Shown here one piece after another: positions 48,650 to 58,329 of a DNA stretch of 64,000 nt. The DNA lies in contig JAWLHY010000009.1 of the NCBI GenBank assembly GCA_041690135.1, positions 96,001-160,000 of the forward strand. Reading direction: 5' to 3'. Position numbers and translations under genes: made by a program. The notes beneath the pieces are model-generated. The model made no database searches and had not been told where the DNA came from. It was given only the letters and a program-made list of their open reading frames with translations. Positions within the stretch are counted from its first letter, which is position 1. Each line of letters opens with the position of its first letter. The stretch is from Armatimonadota bacterium (GTDB taxonomy: Bacteria; Armatimonadota; SYMT01).

Positions 48650-51396
48650 TTGCTGCTGCCGGATCTCTTCAGTGGCAGCCACTGTAGGGGACGAGCAACC
48701 GTTTCCTTTCCGGCGTTGACGGTCACCTCTAGATCCGCCCCATTCCAGGCCCCCGGACCCTTCACCTGCGGAGTTTCGCGAACGCGGTAGACGCGGAGCA
48801 CCCGGTAGGTGCCGGGTTCCAGGTCCTCGATACGGGCCGCTCCGTCCACTACCTCGGCATCCGTCCAGCGTATAGATCCCGCGCTCGGGCCGGACGTCCT
48901 GGCGATGCCGATGCTTATCAGCCCTCCGCGGGCTGGCTGATTTCCGATCCGTACGGGTAGCACCAGGCGGCCGCCGTCCTTTTGGTTCAGTGACGGCACG
49001 CGGACCGCTCCCGGGTAATAGGGTACCCCCGGCGCAGTCGCGTTTGCGCCGTCAGGCGCCTTCAGGAAGTTCTGTATTGGCTTCAGCGGAACATTGGTGA
49101 GACGGAAGCTGCCGACCGGCCGCAACGGCGGCCACACGCGCAGCGACAACCGGATCTTGACCACCGGCTCAGAGACAACGAAGCGAGTACGGAACTCCCA
49201 AACCCCACTGCCGCGGTGGTCGTATGAGTGCTCCTTCTTGTGTACTTTTCCGGACCGGCCAATGAGCAGCGCCTCCAACTCGCCGCCGTCCACACCTTCG
49301 AGCCGGCTCGTGCGAGGACCGCGAATGCGTCCTCGCAGCAGATACTCCGTACTCGCGGGCAGCCCCGGCGCTGCCGGAACGGGCTGCGAAGTGAGACTAT
49401 CCACCTCGCAGCGAACGTCATTTGTGACCTGTACGGCACCCGCTGCCGGAACAGGTATTGAGAACTCAGAGTTCAAAGGGAAATGCTTGTCATGCGCCAT
49501 CAAATCTCCCTCCAGCCATGAGATCCTGGTGGCGTCGGGATGAGGTGCGTTGAGAGTGACTTGCTGCGACCACTGAAAACCATCATCCCGGGGACTTGCT
49601 GAAAGTTTGGTGGAAGACTGTGCCGTGAACAGGTTCCCGCGATCATCCCGTCCCAGTACGTTTCCCAGCCGGGCAACGTGCGTGGATTCCACTCCGGTGC
49701 CGGTTCCCGACAGGTCTAAAGTGAGCCGGGCACGATTTGTCCTCCGCGACGGAGTTGAGAGTTCCTGGCTGCGCGTATAGCTTGTCTGGAGATTGTCGAC
49801 ACGGGCTACCATCCGATCGCTTCTGGGAGGCCATTCGGCACGGCCATCTACCACCGGAGGTTCCCTCTCGAGAGGCATGTCGAGGGGAGGCAGGACCGCT
49901 TTCTTACCTGCCTGCACTTGCACCACCGTTTCGCCGTTTAGCCACCAGCGAGGCAATTCGATAGCGCCATGTTCGCGGGGACGGTAGAGGCGGAGGACGC
50001 GGTAAGTGCCCGGTCGGACTCCCGCAAGTTGGGCGGGTTCGGTAGTGACTTCCAGTTGGTGCCACTCCGTACGCCGGGACCCGTCAGCCGGTGCCAGGCC
50101 CACACTCAGGAAGCCGGCCGGGGCCGCGTGCTCACCGACCTGTATGGGACTAACCAGAATACCCCCGGGTACGGCGAAATCGGGGCTATTCCGGTCGAAG
50201 TCGCTTTCGAAAAGGGCTCCGTAGTAGAGTGTGTCAGCTCCCCGGTAGAGATCCGGTAGGGGCACATCCCGGATACGGAAACTGCAGCGCTTTCGGGACT
50301 CCTGGCGTTCGCCAAACTCAAAACGGATGCCGGTCACAGGTTCATCAATAACGGGATAGGTACACGTGACATTCCACACCATTCCCCCTTCCCCACCTAT
50401 CCGCTCGCTCCTGCAGCCCGGGGGAGAATAGGTGCGCCCGGAGGCCCCAACCAGCACGGGGCCAACACCACCCTCGTAGCCGTTGGAATGAGCAAGTCGT
50501 CTCATGTCCAGCCCATGCAGTCGAAGTAGTAACTGAGGACCCGCCATGTGCCGGCTCCCTGGCGCGAACTTCCGCGCAGGTGGGGTGAATTCGAGGAACT
50601 CCACCGACCCCTCTCCCGCCGGACACCGGATACCTCCCTCGGGAATGGGAAGCGGTACTTGCAGTTTGCAGAGGGGAAGTATGGGTTTCTCGATCACATC
50701 CCCTTCCAACCAGTCCAGCCGGGTAGCGCCTGGCTGGATACCCTCAAACCTTAGCTGCGCGGTCCACTCATCCGGATACGCGTGTTGGACTCGGCCGGCT
50801 CGTGGGTTCTCCAGCGATCGTAAGATCCCACCGCGGTTGTCGCGAGCAATGACGTTGGTGACGGATGTCACAGCAGCGGCATTTGCCTCGGTTGCAACCC
50901 CGTGAAGTCGCAGGCTGAGCTGGTCTCCGGCCGCGCCATCGCGTACGCTGCCGGAGACGCCCACCCAACGGACCTGCAGACGCAGGCCGCTTGCGGTCGT
51001 GCTGCTACCGGCGCCGAAGACCGGAAGCGACCCCTGGATCCCTTCTTGAATGAGCGCGAACCCTCCACGCTGCGTTTCGGGGCGCAACCGGTAACGGTCG
51101 GCCAATTGCCGGAAGGCGGTGGCGAAAGTGGCGCCCGACCAGTCGAAACTGGCGGGGTCCTCCAGCGACACCAGCGGCGGATCAACACCGCCGGGGATGT
51201 CGGTCGGTTCCCACGGTTTGAGTTCGATTGGAATTCCGGAAGCACGCTGCAAAGCGAGAACCGCTTCCTGGCAGCTCACTTTCTCGAGCTTCAAGCCCAG
51301 GTGGGAGTCACCTCCCCAAGCCGGCATCAGTAGAACGGCGGTTGTTACCATCAACAGGCCGAGAGCGGCGGAGCGCGACATGGCAACCTCTCTCAT
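48646..51396 (-). CDS. Large exported protein with internal duplication
   Basis: Signal peptide; two copies of ARD.RG...ATR..WLEGD...L.G.SG...PGTYRVLR.YR. Confidence 0.8.
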   Translation of the reverse strand: MREVAMSRSAALGLLMVTTAVLLMPAWGGDSHLGLKLEKVSCQEAVLALQRASGIPIELKPWEPTDIPGGVDPPLVSLEDPASFDWSGATFATAFRQLADRYRLRPETQRGGFALIQEGIQGSLPVFGAGSSTTASGLRLQVRWVGVSGSVRDGAAGDQLSLRLHGVATEANAAAVTSVTNVIARDNRGGILRSLENPRAGRVQHAYPDEWTAQLRFEGIQPGATRLDWLEGDVIEKPILPLCKLQVPLPIPEGGIRCPAGEGSVEFLEFTPPARKFAPGSRHMAGPQLLLRLHGLDMRRLAHSNGYEGGVGPVLVGASGRTYSPPGCRSERIGGEGGMVWNVTCTYPVIDEPVTGIRFEFGERQESRKRCSFRIRDVPLPDLYRGADTLYYGALFESDFDRNSPDFAVPGGILVSPIQVGEHAAPAGFLSVGLAPADGSRRTEWHQLEVTTEPAQLAGVRPGTYRVLRLYRPREHGAIELPRWWLNGETVVQVQAGKKAVLPPLDMPLEREPPVVDGRAEWPPRSDRMVARVDNLQTSYTRSQELSTPSRRTNRARLTLDLSGTGTGVESTHVARLGNVLGRDDRGNLFTAQSSTKLSASPRDDGFQWSQQVTLNAPHPDATRISWLEGDLMAHDKHFPLNSEFSIPVPAAGAVQVTNDVRCEVDSLTSQPVPAAPGLPASTEYLLRGRIRGPRTSRLEGVDGGELEALLIGRSGKVHKKEHSYDHRGSGVWEFRTRFVVSEPVVKIRLSLRVWPPLRPVGSFRLTNVPLKPIQNFLKAPDGANATAPGVPYYPGAVRVPSLNQKDGGRLVLPVRIGNQPARGGLISIGIARTSGPSAGSIRWTDAEVVDGAARIEDLEPGTYRVLRVYRVRETPQVKGPGAWNGADLEVTVNAGKETVARPLQWLPLKRSGSSK

Positions 51397-51992
51397 GCGG
51401 AGTCAGGTGCTGCCCGGTAGGGGGCGTAGCCATAGTATTTCGGGCGGTCGTCGAGGCGCACGTGGAGCCAGGAGACGCCGGCACCCGCGGTGCTGACCCA
51501 GACCGGCGCGCTTCCCAGCCGGCGTTCTACGGCTCGGCCCACTCGCTCCCATAGGGCATGCTTCTGTGGGTCCGGCGCCCGGCGCAGGAAGGCGGCCAGG
51601 TGTCCGTAGGCCGAATGGTCGGCAATGGGGCATGGAACGACCAGGGTCGCGTCGTTGCCCAGGTTCCGGAACTCCACCACGCCGCTTTCGGCGCCGGGAC
51701 CGCGGAGGTAGGCGGCGAAGGGCGTAAGGTCCGGGTGGCTGGCCAATCCGGGGCTGTTCAGCAGGACGAACTCGAACGGTTTCCCCACCGTGGCGGAAGT
51801 GATCGGCGGAGTTTCCCAGCGGAAGGCCGTGTAAGGGGAGCCGGCGAGCAGGTCGATGAAGAACCCGCGGAACTCCGCGTCGTCCCGCCACAGGCGCAGG
51901 ACCTCGGCATACGAGATCACCGCGCCATTCGCGTTGATGGTGGTCCGGATACCCCGGCCGTCGGAAAGACTTTGGCTTGGTGCCGTCCACAT
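51393..51992 (-). CDS. Conserved hypothetical protein (DUF6940-like)
   Basis: FRWETPP, FRNLGNDATLVVP, WVSTAGAGVSWLHVRLDDRPKYY. Confidence 0.7.
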   Translation of the reverse strand: MWTAPSQSLSDGRGIRTTINANGAVISYAEVLRLWRDDAEFRGFFIDLLAGSPYTAFRWETPPITSATVGKPFEFVLLNSPGLASHPDLTPFAAYLRGPGAESGVVEFRNLGNDATLVVPCPIADHSAYGHLAAFLRRAPDPQKHALWERVGRAVERRLGSAPVWVSTAGAGVSWLHVRLDDRPKYYGYAPYRAAPDSA

Positions 51993-52028
51993 GGTGGTGC
52001 AATCGGTTACGTTACCGGTGAATCCGAG

Positions 52029-52541
52029 CTATCGGTGAAGCCAGTGGTTGACTATTAAGATCACGGCGATCTGTCCGGCGAGGTTCATGAGGGCACAGGC
52101 AAGCAGAAAGCCACAACCCAGGTGCATTCCACCGCGGTCGGCAAACTCTTCGACCGCCCGCAGTTTTCGATCCACTTCTTCGGCAATCTTCTCGTCCTGC
52201 TCGTCATTCAGGGTAGGGATGGTATGGGACTCTGAAGCCATTAGGCGAGCGACAAGAGTTTTGGCGGCTGCATAAACCAGTCCGCACCCCAGGGAAAGAA
52301 GCCCCGCAACGCGTAGCATCCCGCCGAGCACGCCGGCACTGAGCGCGTCGGCGGTGAAGCCGACCCAAAGCATCATCGAATACAGCCTCGCATCGCTCTC
52401 GTCTTTACGCGACGCTGCATCGGCACAGGCCATCTGGCACATAAATGCCAGCACGGATGCCAGGCTGGCGACCAGTATCAAAAAGCCTTGTACCGGAGAT
52501 GGGTGCATGACGCCTATCCCGTTGGGTATTCGTTCAGCCAT
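52029..52541 (-). CDS. Hypothetical membrane protein
   Basis: Four hydrophobic segments; start overlaps the PARG stop; A/T-richer codons. Confidence 0.55.
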   Translation of the reverse strand: MAERIPNGIGVMHPSPVQGFLILVASLASVLAFMCQMACADAASRKDESDARLYSMMLWVGFTADALSAGVLGGMLRVAGLLSLGCGLVYAAAKTLVARLMASESHTIPTLNDEQDEKIAEEVDRKLRAVEEFADRGGMHLGCGFLLACALMNLAGQIAVILIVNHWLHR

Positions 52542-53382
52542 GTCCACTGAACCGGCGGTGGAAGGCGGCGAGCGTCTCCTGTCCGGGCGAGTGGTCCAGC
52601 ACGGAGAACAGCACCCGCTCGAAGCGGCCGGACCAGGCACCCTCCCGCAGGTGTGCCGCGAAGGCCTCGGCCACCACCTCCGGGTCGTTGCGGAAGACGC
52701 CACAACCCCAGGCCCCCAGCACCAGGTGCCGGTAGCCGTGGGCGGCGGCCAGCGCCAGTACGTATTCTGCCCGGCGCCGGAAGATCGCCGGGATCTGCGG
52801 CAGCTCCCGCGGACGATGTTCGGCCGTGGCGCCGGCGTTCGGGGCGGCGCTGGTGATGAAGGCGACCGTGTGCGGCTCTTCCAGCAGGCGGCCGGAGTCG
52901 TCGCGGAACACCGGGCAGCCGGGGGACAGGATCATCGCGTCCGAATAGAGCGGCGACGGGGACTCGCGGTGGCGCCGGTAGTATTCTCCGGCCTGGAGCA
53001 GCGACGTGTAGAGGGCGGAACTGCGGGCAAGCGACTCTTCCTGGGCCTGGCTGCCGCTGAGGAAGCCGCCCCCCGGGTTCTTGGCGGAGGCAAAGTTCAA
53101 CGCCGCGACCGGCCCGCCCTCGGAAGCCGACAGCCGGGCAATGCCGGAGAGGGTCGTCTCGTTGACCACCTCAAAGGTGGTCCGGTAGCCGGGGTCTGGT
53201 TCCGACAACACCTTTCGCCGCAGTTGCTCCAACACCTCTGGAGGAAAGAAGCCGGTGCCCTCCATGCAAGCTTGCACGGCGGCGGCGATGGAGACCGTCC
53301 GGCCGCTGGGCGCCGTGTAGGTGCCGCGATCGGCGATCTCCACCGTTTGCCGGGCCACTTCCATCCGGGAGTTGCGGTTCAC
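52534..53382 (-). CDS. Bacterial-type poly(ADP-ribose) glycohydrolase macrodomain (TIGR02452/DUF2263 family)
   Basis: LNFASAKNPGGGFLSGSQAQEESLAR, LGAWGCGVFRNDP. Confidence 0.93.
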   Translation of the reverse strand: MNRNSRMEVARQTVEIADRGTYTAPSGRTVSIAAAVQACMEGTGFFPPEVLEQLRRKVLSEPDPGYRTTFEVVNETTLSGIARLSASEGGPVAALNFASAKNPGGGFLSGSQAQEESLARSSALYTSLLQAGEYYRRHRESPSPLYSDAMILSPGCPVFRDDSGRLLEEPHTVAFITSAAPNAGATAEHRPRELPQIPAIFRRRAEYVLALAAAHGYRHLVLGAWGCGVFRNDPEVVAEAFAAHLREGAWSGRFERVLFSVLDHSPGQETLAAFHRRFSGHG

Positions 53383-53479
53383 CTGTTCTGCCTTTTGCCC
53401 CAAAGCTTATGAACTGGTGATCTGTTAACCGCAAGACCCTGCGGTTCCTTGTCCGTTTGAGGCCGGTTCAGTATTGGGG

Positions 53480-55255
53480 CTATTCGTTGAAGAGCTCCCG
53501 GTGAATGCGGGCGATCTGCTCCGGGTCGATCTTGGGTTGGCGGTCGTAGGTGAGCAGGCCATTGATCTCCTGTTCGATGTCGGTGAGCTGCGTATAGCAG
53601 AAGCCGGAGACGAACGGCAGCGCGGCGATGCCCTCCATGATGTCCCGGTAGCGGGCGACCAGTTCGTCCTCCGACTCGATGGAGGCGTAAACGTTGTACA
53701 GGCGGTCCCATTTCTCGCGCGGCACGTCCGGGCGCATCAGGATGCCGCCCACCTCCGTGAGCATCACCGGTTGCCCGCGGTAGTGAGAGCCCTGGGCCAG
53801 GATGACCCGGCTGCCGCTCCAGATGCGCTCCGGGAGCGGGCCTCCTTCGAGGGTTTCCGCGTAGTGGGCCTTGAGCGCGGCGGCGTTGTGGCTGTAGTCG
53901 TGGATCGCCAGGATGTCGGTGATGTCCGTGTGCTCCCAGCCGTCGTTGTCGATCACGGGGCGCGTGGCGTCGAGGCGGCGGGTGGCGGAGACGATCCGCT
54001 CCAGGAAGGCATACTGCCCGGCATGGCCTTCCCGCAGGTCCGGAAAGCCCATGCTCTCGTTCACCGGTACCCAGGTGATGATGCAGGGGTGGTTGACGTC
54101 GCGGCAGACGGCGCGTTCCCACTCGGCCATCAACTGCTCTTCCGCTTCCGGCGACCAGGCGCGTCCGTTCGGCATCTCCGCCCACACCAGCAGTCCCAGG
54201 CGATCGCACCAGTAGAGCCAGCGCGGGTCCTCGATCTTCTGGTGCTTCCGCGCGCCGTTGTAGCCGAACTTGCGAATCCACTCTACATCCGCTTTGAGCG
54301 CTTCGTCCGAGGGCGCGGCAAGATAGCTCTCCGGCCAGTAACCCTGGTCCAGGACCATGGCGAGGTAGGTCGGCTTCCCGTTCAGGAACAGCTTGCCGTT
54401 CTCAAGGCGGACGCTGCGCAGGCCGGTGTAGGAGGTGACTTCGTCCAGTTGCCGATCCCCATCCAGCAGACGCACGACGACATCGTAAAGATGCGGCGTC
54501 TCCGGGGTCCAGAGGCGGGCGTTGGGAATCGCCAGTCGAACCAACGCCACGGCGTGGTCGGTTTCCACCGTGGTGGAGGCCACTTCGTTTTCGCCGTCGA
54601 GCACACGCACTTCCACATTCCATCCGGTAGAAGGGGCATGGAGATAGGTGGTGACCGTGATCTCGCCAGTCTCGGCGTGAGGGGTCACGCGGATATCCTC
54701 GATGCGGATCGGCGGCGCCGGCTCTAGCCACACCGTCTGCCAGATGCCCGTGGTGCAGTAGTAGTCGATGCCATGCGGCTGCCCCGTGCTGGATTGCTTG
54801 CCGCGGGGCTGCCGGGGGTCCTGGCAATCCTCCACCCGGAGACAGAGACGGTTCACCCCCTCCTGCAGGTAGGGCGCAATATCGAACCAGAACGGCACGT
54901 GGCCGCCGCGGTTGTGCCCCACCTCGCGGCCGTTCACCCAGACGGTGGTTCGGTAGTCGACGGCCCCGAAGTGGAGAAGTAGATCGCGCCCTCGCCAGTC
55001 GCCCGGGATTTCGAAATCACGAGCGTACCAGACGAACTCGTGGATGCCTTTGTCGTTGATGCCGGAGAGCTCGCACTGGTAGGGGAAAGGTACGAGGATG
55101 CGCTGCGAGAGAGGCTGGCCGTCGAACCACCGCTGCTCCAGGCCCTGGTTGGCGTCGTCGAAACAGAACTCCCACTCGCCGTTCAGGTTGAGCCACTCGC
55201 TCCGGACGAACTGCGGGCGGGGGTATTCGGGTCGCGGGATGTTTTCAGTCTTCAT
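53480..55255 (-). CDS. Glycoside hydrolase family 2
   Basis: PRPQF, LHFGAVDY, GIWQTVW, LDQGYWP, RKHQK, NES (acid/base), TEVGG, YTQLTDIEQEINGL. Confidence 0.93.
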   Translation of the reverse strand: MKTENIPRPEYPRPQFVRSEWLNLNGEWEFCFDDANQGLEQRWFDGQPLSQRILVPFPYQCELSGINDKGIHEFVWYARDFEIPGDWRGRDLLLHFGAVDYRTTVWVNGREVGHNRGGHVPFWFDIAPYLQEGVNRLCLRVEDCQDPRQPRGKQSSTGQPHGIDYYCTTGIWQTVWLEPAPPIRIEDIRVTPHAETGEITVTTYLHAPSTGWNVEVRVLDGENEVASTTVETDHAVALVRLAIPNARLWTPETPHLYDVVVRLLDGDRQLDEVTSYTGLRSVRLENGKLFLNGKPTYLAMVLDQGYWPESYLAAPSDEALKADVEWIRKFGYNGARKHQKIEDPRWLYWCDRLGLLVWAEMPNGRAWSPEAEEQLMAEWERAVCRDVNHPCIITWVPVNESMGFPDLREGHAGQYAFLERIVSATRRLDATRPVIDNDGWEHTDITDILAIHDYSHNAAALKAHYAETLEGGPLPERIWSGSRVILAQGSHYRGQPVMLTEVGGILMRPDVPREKWDRLYNVYASIESEDELVARYRDIMEGIAALPFVSGFCYTQLTDIEQEINGLLTYDRQPKIDPEQIARIHRELFNE

Positions 55256-55334
55256 GGTGTCGAGGAAAGCACGCGCTATGCTTCATCTTGACACCATACC
55301 CCAACTTGGTCGCGACTGTCGTATCGGAGGGTTG

Positions 55335-55676
55335 TTACAGGAGACCTTGTTGTTCGAGGTCTTCAAGGGCCTGGCGGGCGGCGGCGTAGGGGCGGGAGGT
55401 GCGTCCGGCGGAGACGGCGGCGAGGATGGCGGGCAGCCGCTCCTGGTGTTCCTCATTGAGGGGGGCGGGCTCGCAGGTGGCGTTGAAGCAATAGCGGCAC
55501 CAGGCGACGTACTCTCCCTGGCCGCGGGTGCTGATCCAGACGGAGACGGTGCGGGTGCCGGTGCTGCAGTGCTCGCACGTTTCCTGGTAGGCTTCGAGGA
55601 GGTAGCGCAGGCGGCCGGAGGGCAGCCGGAGGGTGACGACTTCGGGGTGGGCGGCGGGAGTGGACGCTTTGGGCAC
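55335..55676 (-). CDS. Hypothetical protein with CxxC pairs
   Basis: GAGG RBS + GTG; CEHC...CRYC. Confidence 0.5.
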   Translation of the reverse strand: MPKASTPAAHPEVVTLRLPSGRLRYLLEAYQETCEHCSTGTRTVSVWISTRGQGEYVAWCRYCFNATCEPAPLNEEHQERLPAILAAVSAGRTSRPYAAARQALEDLEQQGLL

Positions 55677-55777
55677 GGTGAATCCTCGACCGGTAGGAGA
55701 AGCGGCAGTTCATCGTAACAGCCCCGGCCACCGATGACAACAGACGGGGTCGGGGTCGGCGAGGGGGCGAACAGCCT

Positions 55778-56389
55778 CTATCCGGGCCCGGAGTTCCGGA
55801 CTTCGCTGTTTCTCCGCCAGCGGGAGCGGAGGTGGGTGAGGGCCCAGCCGGCGAGGGCGAGCAGGGCTATCGTGAAGAGAGCGGCGAAGACCGGCGCCAG
55901 CACGCTGAGGAACAGGCCCACGCCGGTGACCGCATCCTCGATGAAGGAGAGGGCGGTGTTCCCGGCGCCGAGGTGGAGCGGGGAGGTGGCGGTGCTGCTC
56001 GCGCGGGTGAAGCTCTTGCCGGCGTGGATGGTAAAGGCCGTGCCGCCGCCCGCGATGAGGCCCAACGCCAGCGCGGTGGTGGGGTCCAGCTTGACCATCA
56101 CCGCGGAGACCAGCACGGTGCCGGCCGCCGGGCGCAGCACCGTGCCTGCCGTATCGAGGAAGTGGTCGACGGCCACGATCTTATCGCCCAGCACCTCCAG
56201 CAGGGTGGCCACCCCGAAAATGATGAGGCTGTCGGTCCGCTCCAGGAAGCTGTAAGCCTCGCCGAGCTGGAGGTAGTCCGCCCGCCCGAGCGCCCCCACG
56301 ATCAGGCAGGGCAGGAAGGCCCGCAGCCCGCTGCAGGCCGCCAGCCCGATCCCCATGCAGAGCTGTAACGCCAACTCCATGCCGTTCAT
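55778..56389 (-). CDS. DUF4126 family membrane protein
   Basis: GLAACSGLRAFLP, EVLGDKI..VDHFLD, RPAAG, SFIED. Confidence 0.88.
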   Translation of the reverse strand: MNGMELALQLCMGIGLAACSGLRAFLPCLIVGALGRADYLQLGEAYSFLERTDSLIIFGVATLLEVLGDKIVAVDHFLDTAGTVLRPAAGTVLVSAVMVKLDPTTALALGLIAGGGTAFTIHAGKSFTRASSTATSPLHLGAGNTALSFIEDAVTGVGLFLSVLAPVFAALFTIALLALAGWALTHLRSRWRRNSEVRNSGPG

Positions 56390-56482
56390 CGATTGCCGAT
56401 ACCTCCCGTTCTACATCCACTAAACGCTATCGATGGGGTTCGGTTGCGGTCCACGATCATGACGACCAGGGCGGGTGGGAGC

Positions 56483-56631
56483 CACAGATTTCACAGATTA
56501 TTGGGAGAGAAGAAAGCGGACCGCACGGATAGATCGAGAGGTCGGGTGATCCAGGTTGGGAATCGCATTTGGGTAACGGATGGGCCTGGAGATGTGAATT
56601 GTTCTCCTCTTTCTAATTTGTGAAATCTGTG
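56483..56631. repeat. Inverted pair of 9-mer repeats (CACAGATTT) flanking a 113-bp spacer
   Basis: 56483-56500 vs 56614-56631, 17/18 complementary. Confidence 0.8.
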
Positions 56632-56639
56632 ACTCCAGC

Positions 56640-57638
56640 TCAACGGGATTTGGGGCGGGCGGGTTGGCCGGTACGGGCGGACTCGTAGATGGCATCCATC
56701 AGCTCGCTCTGGTTGATGCCGTTCTGGACGCTGGTGCGGGGTTCGTCGTGACCCAGGATCGCGTTGATGAAGTTGTCGTTGGGGGTCTCGGCCTGGCCGG
56801 TGAGGGGCAGGTCCTGAACCTCGCCGACGCCTTCCTTATAGACGTTGATCCACTTGCCGTTCCAGCCGTCGATGTCCACGCGGCCGCCGTCGAAGGAGAG
56901 GTACATGCCGGCGCCGCTGTTGGGGCAGTTCCCGGCGATGGTGATGGTGGCCAGGGTGCCGTCGGCGAAGCGGATGTTGACGGTGCCGTTGATGTCGACC
57001 GGCGTGTCCAGGTTGTCCACGAAGGCGAAGACTTCGGCCACGGGCTGCTCGACGGTCCAGACCAGGCTGTTGAACAGGTGCGCGCCGCTATCGTACATCT
57101 GCCCGCCGCCGGAGAGGGCCGGGTCCTGCCGCCAGGTGCCGCGGGTGCCCTTGCGCCAGTTCTGGGTGAGCCAGCCGGTCACCGTTTCGAGGCGGCCGAG
57201 CTCCTTACGGCGGACGAGATTCCGCAGGTAGTGGAACTGGGGTGTGCATGGCGTGTTGTAGCCGATCACGAAGACCTTGCCGGACTGCTCCACGACTCCC
57301 TTGAGCGCGTGGGCCTGGTCCGCATCGGTGACCATCGGCTTCTCCATCAACACGTGGCAGCCGGCCTGCAGGGCCTGCTTGCCATGCTCGAAGTGGAGGG
57401 TGTGGGGCGTGACGATGGTGACCGCGTCCGGTTTTGCCTCCGCATACATCCGGGCCGGGTCGGTGAACACCGCCGGGCGAGAATCGTAGTCCGCGAGGTG
57501 CTTCGCGAGGAAGCGCTCCACGCAGGCTTCGTCCACGTCGCACAGGGCGACGATGCGGGCATCGGGGTTCGCACGGAAGCGCTGGGCATGGTGGCCGGCC
57601 ATGCCGCCACAGCCCAGGATGGCTACGTTAACCGCCAT
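56640..57638 (-). CDS. Gfo/Idh/MocA family oxidoreductase
   Basis: GCGGMA, TPHTLH, MEKP, GGGQMYDSGAH. Confidence 0.93.
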   Translation of the reverse strand: MAVNVAILGCGGMAGHHAQRFRANPDARIVALCDVDEACVERFLAKHLADYDSRPAVFTDPARMYAEAKPDAVTIVTPHTLHFEHGKQALQAGCHVLMEKPMVTDADQAHALKGVVEQSGKVFVIGYNTPCTPQFHYLRNLVRRKELGRLETVTGWLTQNWRKGTRGTWRQDPALSGGGQMYDSGAHLFNSLVWTVEQPVAEVFAFVDNLDTPVDINGTVNIRFADGTLATITIAGNCPNSGAGMYLSFDGGRVDIDGWNGKWINVYKEGVGEVQDLPLTGQAETPNDNFINAILGHDEPRTSVQNGINQSELMDAIYESARTGQPARPKSR

Positions 57639-57787
57639 TGACCAGGTGTCCTTTCAACGTTGAGAGGTTCGATGAGTGGGAGATCTGGATCATCCCAGGT
57701 GCATTGCCTTTGACGGGTGCGGTTGGCAGGAGTGCCCTCACCCCTACCCCATATGTGTTGCCATAGGCGACTGCGGTGCCCAGAGAG

Positions 57788-57827
57788 CCCTCACCCCTAC
57801 CCCTCTCCCACGCTGCGGGAGAGGGGA
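57788..57827. repeat. REP-like palindrome
   Basis: CCCTCACCCCTA-CCCCTCTCCC-N7-GGGAGAGGGG; partial copy near 57735. Confidence 0.7.
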
Positions 57828-57934
57828 GTTCCGTGTGCGGTACGGAGCGTTGCTTGCGGATGGTAAGTGCCGCATGCAGTGCGGAGCGAACGCGGGTGCG
57901 TCTCCCCTCTTCGGTGGTTGCCTTCTGGGGTCTG

Positions 57935-58297
57935 TTACTCCTCCCGATGTACAGCATCCGGGGAGAAGGCGGGTAGGCAGACGGCGAGGTACTCGGCGCC
58001 CTCGGGGCCGGGGGTGCTGTACTGGACCCACTCCCCGGCGGGCGCGATGACCGCCTGTCCGGCTTCCACGTCGAGAACGCCGTCCTTATGGGTGACGCGC
58101 AGGGAGCCGCGCAGGACGACGGTGTACTCGTCGAATTCGGGGGTCTGGGCCGGCTCGGTCCAGCCGCTGGGGCTGGTCATCCGGGCGATGCTGACGGCGG
58201 CGGTGCCGGAGTTGACCCGGCCGATGAACTCCTCGATCCGCTTCGGCTTGTTGCCCGCCGCGGCGATGATCGTGGGGGAGGCGATGTGGATGGGCAT
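57935..58297 (-). CDS. Cupin domain protein
   Basis: IEEFIGRVNSG, WTEPAQTPEFDEYTVVLRG, GEWVQYSTP. Confidence 0.85.
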   Translation of the reverse strand: MPIHIASPTIIAAAGNKPKRIEEFIGRVNSGTAAVSIARMTSPSGWTEPAQTPEFDEYTVVLRGSLRVTHKDGVLDVEAGQAVIAPAGEWVQYSTPGPEGAEYLAVCLPAFSPDAVHREE

Positions 58298-58329
58298 GGT
58301 AATCCTCTCTATCTCTTTGTTGTACTGTG

